Source of the DNA: a virus
Lineage: Duplodnaviria; Caudoviricetes
DNA: 50,472 nt
Reading direction: 5' to 3' (one strand)
Virus record (IMG/VR): IMGVR_UViG_3300025018_000196
Span: 1-50,472 of that record
This document shows, piece after piece, positions 29,091-36,171 of the stretch. The notes under the pieces are model-generated. The model did no database searches. It had not been told where the DNA came from and was given only the letters and a program-made list of their open reading frames with translations. The translations under genes and the position numbers were made by a program. Every line of letters begins with the position of its first letter. Position 1 is the stretch's first letter.

Positions 29091-29649
29091 TTATTCCTTT
29101 AATTGTATGCTAACACTTTGGATCCAATTCTTTCTATACTAGAAATACTCGTATCGGACATCAGAAAAGTGAAAAAGTTCAACTTATTTTACAATTATTT
29201 TAATAAAAAGGCCTAAAAACGGTATTTTTAGCGAGAAATTTGTGAGTGGACTTATGAATTCGGACGCCTGCCCCTAGCCCCCCTGCCCGGCCCCTGGCGA
29301 ATGCGAATTGTTTGCATTACCATTCTCACCTAAATCCCCACTAACCAACAGTTAGATAAAGGCGCGAATTCAAATGCTAACGGTTAGTCTATGGCGCGCC
29401 AACGGCCCAACTATGGCGCCCTGGCGCACGCTTGCAGCTAACTGTTAGCCTACGTTCCTGCTAACCTGTTCTGCTGTGGTGCGATGCGGATATTAAAATG
29501 GTGACAAGCACGGACCGTAGTTAGTAAGCAAGTGAATTCGATTCACGATGGACGTGAAAACGTTTCACGTTCTGTGATCGCGCAGATTCTTCGAGCCGTG
29601 CGATTCTGTGCATTGGTGCGAGTTCCGCACCGCTACCGGAGTAAACGAG
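29091..29649. promoter_or_regulatory. divergent control region and probable physical genome termini
   Basis: only divergent intergenic region; AT-rich to GC-rich switch, C-runs, palindromes. Confidence 0.6.
29574..29609 (+). promoter_or_regulatory. 36-nt repeat copy 1, putative early promoter
   Basis: GTGATCGCGC-N12-CCGTGCGATTCTGT, 31/36 identical to 30546-30581, ~40 nt before a start codon. Confidence 0.6.
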
Positions 29650-29775
29650 ATGAAGCGCTTCCTTACTGACCACTTGACTAACGCGATGCTCGCGTACACG
29701 TACGCGCCTAACGCTGCCAGTCGCGCAGCGATTGCCGTTGCCCTTCACTACGCGCGCACGCTGGGGGAATCGTGA
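29650..29775 (+). CDS. 41-aa early protein not in ORF track
   Basis: GGAG RBS, MKRFLTDHLTNAMLAY..., TGATG coupling to the next gene. Confidence 0.5.
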   Translation: MKRFLTDHLTNAMLAYTYAPNAASRAAIAVALHYARTLGES

Positions 29776-30527
29776 TGACGACATACGTGGATGCCGACGG
29801 GCGCCTACATGATGAAGCGTGGCCACCAGAGCCGAGCATGGGCACACCTGCGCCCGGTCGGCCCTTGTCTGACTTCACGCTAATACCCGGACGTCCGGCC
29901 ATGAAGCCGAGAGCATCGACACTGTGCGACGTGCTGCCATGGGGTGCTCGACGCGCACTAGTCGCACGTCTGCGCGCACGTAGCGAGCGCGCCGCGCGCT
30001 ACGCGGACGATGGGATTGGCGGGGTAGTCAGCGTTGACGCTCAATACGCGCGCCTAGAGGCGGCCGACGCGCGCGAGCGCGCCAGGCGCGCCGCGGGTGA
30101 ATTGCCGGCGCGGACAGCGCTCCCGACGGCGGTAGAGACGGACGTCGGGACCGTACGCGGGCGCATGAGCCCGTCCGGGTACGTGCGTGCTACCGACGGT
30201 CCGTCCATCGGGATTGTGCGAGCGGGGCGGTACCTCGTTGATCATCTGGACGCGCCCACGTGGATCGACGCGACCGATCCACACGACGTGACCTACCGAC
30301 CGTGCGTACGCGTCTGGATCGGTGACGGCATCGTCCGCGAGTTACCGGCCGCGTGCGTCGCCATTCCACGCGCAGCACGTCAGTACCGAATTGTAGACCT
30401 AGGCGATACCGTGGACTGCGACCGGGCCGAATCGCTGCGCCGTTACCACCAACGGCAACGTGGCCGGTCACACTCTCTAGTGGCCGTGTGGATGCGCCGC
30501 ACGCACACAGGTGCGACGGGTAAGTGA
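29775..30527 (+). CDS. hypothetical Arg/Ala-rich early protein
   Basis: 250-aa ORF, GGGGGA RBS. Confidence 0.55.
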   Translation: MTTYVDADGRLHDEAWPPEPSMGTPAPGRPLSDFTLIPGRPAMKPRASTLCDVLPWGARRALVARLRARSERAARYADDGIGGVVSVDAQYARLEAADARERARRAAGELPARTALPTAVETDVGTVRGRMSPSGYVRATDGPSIGIVRAGRYLVDHLDAPTWIDATDPHDVTYRPCVRVWIGDGIVRELPAACVAIPRAARQYRIVDLGDTVDCDRAESLRRYHQRQRGRSHSLVAVWMRRTHTGATGK

Positions 30528-30545
30528 TCCGACGGACGGTAGGCA

Positions 30546-30581
30546 GTGATCGCGCGGATCTTCCGATCCGTGCGATTCTGT
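30546..30581 (+). promoter_or_regulatory. 36-nt repeat copy 2, putative early promoter
   Basis: same bipartite motif as 29574-29609, 50 nt before ATG 30632. Confidence 0.6.
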
Positions 30582-30631
30582 CAATCGACCGAGCGCATTC
30601 GCGCTCAGCGCGCACACAAGGGGTAGCGCCT

Positions 30632-31336
30632 ATGCCCAAAATTTATGCGGACGACGCTGTGCGCTCAGCGCGCATCGCGTTCACGCAACGCCGCGAAGTC
30701 ATGCGCGCCATGCGCCAGGGCGGTGCGGCGCTAGCATCTGATCGGCCACGCGAGCGCGCGAGCGCTCGCTACAGTGTGCATAGACGCACTGTAGGCGCGA
30801 ACGGGATCCTAGTGCCCGCTACGTTCGGCGCTATCCGCGATGGTACGGTTGATTCCGTGCCCGGATTCGTGGCCATTACTGGCTACGAACTCGGGGCGCG
30901 GGTCGCGGGCGCGAACGTGAAACACGGCGAGGATACGCCAGCGTGGATCGCCGCCGAATCCAGGCGCACAAGTGTGCGCAAAGGATACGAAAGCGTGCGT
31001 CCGTCGTCATCTTCCGCGGCTATCAAACGTGCCGCGGAAGATGAAGCGATACGCGAGGTACTGATTGCCCGTGGTGGGCATGGCGCATTCGCTGAGTACG
31101 TGAATGGCGATGCCAAAGCACGGCGCAGACTACGCGCGCGCTTCGGTATAAAGGTACCGAAAGCTAAGGCGGTACCTACCGCGCGCGTAGAATCCACGCG
31201 GAAGGAATCCGAACGCGCGATGATTGCGGACGCAATGCGAGAGCAAGGCACGCTTACAATCTTTCGCCACGCGTGGAGCGTAGGCAATCTGGAATGTGCC
31301 GAGAAGCTGCTGGCAGAAGCGAAGGCGGCCCTTTAG
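30632..31336 (+). CDS. hypothetical basic early protein
   Basis: AAGGGG RBS, MPKIYADD start, followed by GGCGGCCCT/AGGGCCGCC hairpin. Confidence 0.6.
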   Translation: MPKIYADDAVRSARIAFTQRREVMRAMRQGGAALASDRPRERASARYSVHRRTVGANGILVPATFGAIRDGTVDSVPGFVAITGYELGARVAGANVKHGEDTPAWIAAESRRTSVRKGYESVRPSSSSAAIKRAAEDEAIREVLIARGGHGAFAEYVNGDAKARRRLRARFGIKVPKAKAVPTARVESTRKESERAMIADAMREQGTLTIFRHAWSVGNLECAEKLLAEAKAAL

Positions 31337-31349
31337 AGGGCCGCCGGTA

Positions 31350-31450
31350 TGCACTAATATGGTGCGCCTGGCGTGCACCAATATAGGGCATCCCTTTAGT
31401 CTAACTCGCAGGACTGGGCTGACAATTTTAATGTGCACTAATCATGTGCA
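31350..31450. promoter_or_regulatory. three NtrC-box-like 17-mers
   Basis: TGCACTAATATGGTGCG (31350), TGCACCAATATAGGGCA (31374), TGCACTAATCATGTGCA (31434) versus consensus TGCACCA-N3-TGGTGCA. Confidence 0.55.
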
Positions 31451-31481
31451 TATTAAAATGAACAGCACAGGAGTAATGCGT

Positions 31482-31790
31482 ATGATTCATGATCCCAAGG
31501 CATGGGCGTGCGTTCACGCGCACGTGAAGGCAGCACAGGCTGCTGTCGACAGGGCATGGGAAGAATACAGGCATGCCGAGCGCATGGTCGCGGCCTCTCA
31601 GGATGAAGGGACCAATATATATTGGTTATATTGGTCAGTCGAGAGGCAGGTCATTCAAGCGCGTGAGTACCGCAAGGCATGCAGTGCCCTAGACATAGCA
31701 GAAAGCTATGCCATTAGGTACTCGGGCTGGCGCATGGACAGAAGGTACATGTGGCAGTTGGCAATTGCCGAGGATCGTGCGCACGAGTGA
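31482..31790 (+). CDS. hypothetical early protein
   Basis: CAGGAG RBS, 102 aa. Confidence 0.55.
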   Translation: MIHDPKAWACVHAHVKAAQAAVDRAWEEYRHAERMVAASQDEGTNIYWLYWSVERQVIQAREYRKACSALDIAESYAIRYSGWRMDRRYMWQLAIAEDRAHE

Positions 31791-31955
31791 TCAGATTCAA
31801 GGGCAGGTATGCTTGCCCTTGTGTGTGTTCACTAGCATAGGAGGACACTGTATATGCCGGGTCTGTATCGCTGGAGGTCTCCAGCCTAGAGTGTATTTTA
31901 AAATAGAACGTACACTGTAGGCTGGGGATGTTCCCAGTGCAGAAGGACCACAACT

Positions 31956-32792
31956 ATGACCAAGTTCGAAAGACTGCCCACCGGGGCAGAGATCCGCAGC
32001 CTGCTGGCTGCACACATCGACACGTCAACCCTTGCAGGTATCTGCAAGTCTCTGATCTTCGTTGATACCTACTCGGCATCTATCGAAGCGGAGGTCAAGG
32101 TCTCTCGCGAGAGCTTGGCGGGTGCCATGCGTGACTTCGCCGTGATGGTGTACGACGTGCACCAGAACGACAAGGACACGTACGAGGCGGCTGGTGTGCG
32201 GTGGAACGAGGTGGCGTCACGCCTGTTCGAGTCGCAGTGCGACGAGGGCGAAGGCATGGTCGCGGCCGGGGCCAGTAAGGCCGGGCTGAAGAACTGGAAT
32301 CAGTACCGGAACAACCTCGTTCGGTGTATGAAGCTCGCCCGTAACGGAGAATTTTCGGAGCGGGACGAGGCTGGGAATTTCGTGCTCTCCGGCATGAACA
32401 AGATCACCGCGTTCAACAAGGAAGAGCAGGAACGCCAGGACGAGGCCGAGGCAGCGGAGGACGCCAAGCGACTGGCGGCGAAGGGCGTCACGCCCAAGCT
32501 GGTCAAGGCGGAGGACAAGGCCACCAACGAGGAAGGCTCGGCAACGGGGGATCTGTTGCTTGGCGGACTGCCCGAGGAGATACAGGATGCGCTCATGCTG
32601 TACATCGCCGGTGTCGACGAGTCCCTCAAGTACCGGAAGACCAGCGATGTCCTGCAACAGATCAATGCCCACGTGGGCAAGGTCAACAGCGCAGGACTGA
32701 GTGCCCGCCAGCATGCTGCACGTCAGGCAGCGGCGGCGGCACAGGCTGCCATCGACGAGATGGAGCAGGAGGCTGCCTCCAAGGTCGCCTGA
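31956..32792 (+). CDS. hypothetical helical early protein
   Basis: 278 aa, AAGGA RBS, strong G/C third-position bias. Confidence 0.8.
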   Translation: MTKFERLPTGAEIRSLLAAHIDTSTLAGICKSLIFVDTYSASIEAEVKVSRESLAGAMRDFAVMVYDVHQNDKDTYEAAGVRWNEVASRLFESQCDEGEGMVAAGASKAGLKNWNQYRNNLVRCMKLARNGEFSERDEAGNFVLSGMNKITAFNKEEQERQDEAEAAEDAKRLAAKGVTPKLVKAEDKATNEEGSATGDLLLGGLPEEIQDALMLYIAGVDESLKYRKTSDVLQQINAHVGKVNSAGLSARQHAARQAAAAAQAAIDEMEQEAASKVA

Positions 32793-32825
32793 TCCACCGG
32801 TCTCAGTGTCTTGATCCGGCATGAT

Positions 32826-32996
32826 AGGGGGCAGGTCCGTGTGGCTTGCCCCCTGTGCTCAGCAGGGAGAGTATCTCTGCCCTCTACCAGAGTTAAGAGG
32901 GTAGGACTATCTCTCTCGTGCTGAGCCATTTTAAAATCGCTTCGAGCGAAGGGGGACAGGACTGTCTCTCTTGTGCAAAGCGATTTTAAAATGGCT
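32826..32996 (+). repeat. three consecutive long hairpins including a perfect 19-bp inverted repeat
   Basis: AGCCATTTTAAAATCGCTT (32924) / AAGCGATTTTAAAATGGCT (32978); GCTCAGCA/TGCTGAGC; AGGGGGCA/TGCCCCCT. Confidence 0.8.
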
Positions 32997-33033
32997 TGCG
33001 CAAGCGAGCGAGCAAGCGAGCGAGGTGAACGAG

Positions 33034-33249
33034 ATGGGCAATGACTTGTGTCTCTACCTGTGCATGGTCCTCGACATTCGAGTCGAGGCAGCACGTGAGA
33101 TGGAACTCCTGATCAGCCTGCAACGTACGATCAGGAGCCCGGACGTACGTGAGACGAGGGCCGCACAGATCTACGCTCTCTCCGATTTCATCGAGCGCGC
33201 TCACGATGATCTCATGGAGGAGATGCGTCCGCAATGGGAGAGTGAGTGA
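33034..33249 (+). CDS. hypothetical protein
   Basis: GAGGT RBS, 71 aa. Confidence 0.6.
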   Translation: MGNDLCLYLCMVLDIRVEAAREMELLISLQRTIRSPDVRETRAAQIYALSDFIERAHDDLMEEMRPQWESE

Positions 33250-33551
33250 TGTCCGATACGAGGGTGAAGGTGATCACTCGTGCACCTACCCCGAAGGAAT
33301 TCGTGGAGACGTACAATTCCCTAATCGCAGAGAATCTGCGTCTCCATCGTAGGATCGAGGGGTTGGAGCACAGGTTGAAGATCGAGGGAGAACTCTACGC
33401 TACTCTAAGGGAGTCGTACGAGTTCTGTCTGAGAACTGTCCAGCTTGTGTTCAGGCAGACGGGATGGCTCCCATCTGCGTTCATTGATGAGGTGAAGAAC
33501 CCGCCTCCCAATATCAATTGGAAGAAGGCGAGGATTTCTTTCGACGAATAG
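33246..33551 (+). CDS. hypothetical coiled-coil protein
   Basis: 101 aa, GTGA overlap with the upstream gene. Confidence 0.65.
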   Translation: MMSDTRVKVITRAPTPKEFVETYNSLIAENLRLHRRIEGLEHRLKIEGELYATLRESYEFCLRTVQLVFRQTGWLPSAFIDEVKNPPPNINWKKARISFDE

Positions 33552-33947
33552 GGGCGACTGGCCCCCTTGCCAGGTAGATAGGAGCGCATGCCCCTTTGGC
33601 AAATGCTCCCTAACCTGGCGAAGCGCTGGCGGAGGGGTGGGTGGGACTGATGTGGTTGTGTGCCGAAGGACTGAGGACTAGTTATCTTTAGTCTTGAGGG
33701 GCATGACCACGACAGCAGAGAGTGCTGACATAGGGTATAGATGGAGCTGTATGGCTCTGTGAGCGGGGGTAAGGGCCACTGGTACCTACCTACCGGTCCC
33801 CTAGATAAACTCCGGAGGGAAGGGCTTGTGTGCCGCCTCTGCAGGGCGTGAGCGTACAAGTACGGGATAGTCAACGAGACTCGGCACATCCAGGACTTTC
33901 CAATAACCTTGGGTCGTCGCGAAGACTGGATGTGTCGGGTCTCACCA
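33552..33947 (+). ncRNA. structured non-coding block A, ending in a 72-nt hairpin with 3' ACCA
   Basis: no credible ORF; several long stems with G-U pairs. Confidence 0.55.
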
Positions 33948-33949
33948 TT

Positions 33950-34032
33950 GCCCGAGTGGTGAAACGGTAGACACCGGGGACTTAAAATCCCCTGCCATTG
34001 GCATGTGGGTTCGACTCCCGCCTCGGGCACCA
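33950..34032 (+). tRNA. tRNA-Leu (anticodon TAA)
   Basis: GCCCGAG/CTCGGGC acceptor, GGGGA-CTTAAAA-TCCCC arm, long variable arm, GGTTCGACTCC, encoded CCA. Confidence 0.95.
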
Positions 34033-34041
34033 TCGGATAAC

Positions 34042-34118
34042 GGGCCAGTAGCTCAGCTGGTTAGAGCAGTCGACTCATAATCGATTGGTCCTAGGTTCAA
34101 GTCCTAGCTGGCCCACCA
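34042..34118 (+). tRNA. tRNA with CAT anticodon, most likely tRNA-Ile2 (lysidine, reads AUA)
   Basis: full cloverleaf with CCA; CGACTCATAATCG arm as in E. coli ileX; lacks initiator features. Confidence 0.85.
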
Positions 34119-34322
34119 TATTAGCCGTCAACCATAGCTACGGCACCGTAGAAAGGGTACCCTTAAGCTATAGGGGTGTTACCTGAGTAGGTGAAGTAAG
34201 CGGAGGGTCAGCATTCGTAGCGTAACACATGTGGGTTATGCCCATAGGAGGTGTATCATGTAACACTTATCGTCTACCTCAATCCCCTTGTATAAAAAAG
34301 TGTCCAGCCCAAGAGTGGCATC

Positions 34323-34354
34323 GGGCCAGGTCACGCTAATTGTCTGGCCCACCA
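34323..34354 (+). ncRNA. minihelix copy of the tRNA(CAT) acceptor stem with ACCA
   Basis: GGGCCAG-GTCACGCTAATTGT-CTGGCCC-ACCA. Confidence 0.5.
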
Positions 34355-34440
34355 TATCACCTCGCTATCCTTAACAGGACGCGGGGTATTGGTGTGCCCA
34401 CTACTTGGTGGTCGATCAATCAACAATCGAGGTGAGTACC

Positions 34441-34743
34441 ATGAGAAAGTGGTTCAGGAAGAAAGGTGGAACACCCCCCTTCGTGGATGACAAGGGCTCC
34501 GACAACAACCTGCACGTGGTGGTGCAGGTGTTCGAGGGTGAGGCTCCCGACGCCCGAAAAGTGCAGGAGTTCAGTGTGAACTTCCTGTCCAAGAAGGGAC
34601 GCATCAGCATGCGCAAGACGGCACACTGGGCCATGTGCTCGGGGTATGTCATGCGTACCGTGCCGAAGCGGATCCCGAAAAGCGTGTGGGATCAACGGCA
34701 CGTCATGCCGGAAGCGGACGAGGAGCTGCGCCATGCCAGTTGA
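34441..34743 (+). CDS. hypothetical protein
   Basis: GAGGTG RBS, MRKWFRKK start, 100 aa. Confidence 0.7.
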   Translation: MRKWFRKKGGTPPFVDDKGSDNNLHVVVQVFEGEAPDARKVQEFSVNFLSKKGRISMRKTAHWAMCSGYVMRTVPKRIPKSVWDQRHVMPEADEELRHAS

Positions 34744-35008
34744 GATCAATCTCACCATCATAGGTGTGGTGTGTCTGTTGGTCAGCATCATGTTCGTGTA
34801 TCAGCTGGGCATGCTGCTGTTCGAGATCCTGCTATCTGTCGATGAGACTCGAGGGTGGATCAGTGCCCAGAAGTTGATCCCTCTCTCCGAGGTGCCGGCA
34901 ACTCAGCTCTTGATCAAGGAGCTCAGGTTCTTCACCGCCATCGGCCTCGTTCCGCCTGCTGTCGCAGCAATCGGATTCTTCTTCGTCTTCTGGGTGACGC
35001 TGTCATGA
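34733..35008 (+). CDS. small two-helix membrane protein
   Basis: GAGGAG RBS; two long hydrophobic segments. Confidence 0.7.
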   Translation: MPVEINLTIIGVVCLLVSIMFVYQLGMLLFEILLSVDETRGWISAQKLIPLSEVPATQLLIKELRFFTAIGLVPPAVAAIGFFFVFWVTLS

Positions 35009-35277
35009 TGAAGATGCAAGAGGTACACTACATTCCCGAGAATGGGAATGATCTGTGGATCTTCCTGGTCGAGCACACCAGGAACGGGGGCGTCGTCAAG
35101 GTGGGGAGCACGAGTGTCACCCGTGCCACCGACGATGGGTTCGTGTTGATGACGGACTTGGGAGGGGTACACTGCACCTCCACGCAGATGATGTCACGTT
35201 GTCGCACGATCTTTCAGGAGAGGGAGACCATCAAGGTCACCGTTCGTGAACCGGTGCCGGGACAGGAGGAGAAGTAA
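35005..35277 (+). CDS. hypothetical protein
   Basis: ATGA overlap, 90 aa. Confidence 0.65.
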   Translation: MMKMQEVHYIPENGNDLWIFLVEHTRNGGVVKVGSTSVTRATDDGFVLMTDLGGVHCTSTQMMSRCRTIFQERETIKVTVREPVPGQEEK

Positions 35278-35278
35278 C

Positions 35279-35473
35279 ATGGGCATGCGATGGGAAGAAA
35301 CGGAGAGGCAGATGGTGGAACAGTGCCTCTCCTGGGTAGCCGGTATGCCGTGGGAGGAAGGGGAGTTTGGGCTGCTCCTCCCCACGACAACCACCATACA
35401 CGAGGATGCCGAAAGGCTTCCTCTCGAATGGTCGGATGATGTGGAGCAGCACTTCGTTCTCTCCAACAACTGA
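35279..35473 (+). CDS. hypothetical acidic protein
   Basis: AGGAG RBS, 64 aa. Confidence 0.55.
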   Translation: MGMRWEETERQMVEQCLSWVAGMPWEEGEFGLLLPTTTTIHEDAERLPLEWSDDVEQHFVLSNN

Positions 35474-35905
35474 ATGGCTACGGCTAAGGGTAGGTACGCT
35501 TACCCTTACCCGTGTCCATGCGCCCGTTGGGATCAATGGACAGTAGCGTATACGTGTCCACCCTATCGTAAGTAGGGCACCTATGTGGTTGCGTATCGCC
35601 GCAAGCGTTAGCGCTTATTAGGAGCCCGAGCAAACGGCGGTCCCTAGGGATGCACGAACCGGACCTCGGGCGGCGTTGAGGCAAGGATGCCCGTTAACGT
35701 GGGACACAGAGAGGCTAAGCTTCCGGTCTCTCCACACTGCAGACGATATGATATCGGCCAAGACATGGCTGATGGATGTGATGATGCGGTGCCGGCAGTT
35801 CACTCCAGCCGGAACTCCTGGCCTACCCTAAGGGGACGGCCATGCAGGTTCGAATCCTGCCGCTCTATCGAGCGTGGTGGAATAGCGTGGAAACTCCACA
35901 CCCAT
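35474..35905 (+). ncRNA. structured non-coding block C, ending in a circularly permuted tRNA-like unit
   Basis: serial hairpins, then T-arm 35844-60, closed stem 35861-74, D-arm 35877-99. Confidence 0.6.
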
Positions 35906-36171
35906 GCGCGGCATACACGAGGAGACAGTGGACAAGAAGCCAGACTGATTCTGTTTCGATGGAGATACCGACGTGAGTAACTCGGTACGTCTGCAACATG
36001 GCGTGCCTTGTGAACAGTTCGTAGGTACCATGATGTCCAGCGTGGGAGTACAGTGCGAGGGCACTCACGACTGGAGCCACATCAAAACGTACATCTCCAA
36101 GGCCGGGGCGCTTGCCCCGATTCTGCGAGCGGGGCGGCGCCGTCACTCCAATCCTCACTGGAGAATACGGT

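Noticed and set aside
29421-29436. TGGCGCACGCTTGCA as a sigma-54 promoter
   Set aside because: GG-to-GC spacing is 9 nt rather than the required 10; the similar site near 31801 has 11
34334-34340. CTA centred in the minihelix loop as an amber suppressor for the Dcm-like gene
   Set aside because: A 32-nt hairpin without D/T arms cannot decode, and the loop lacks U33
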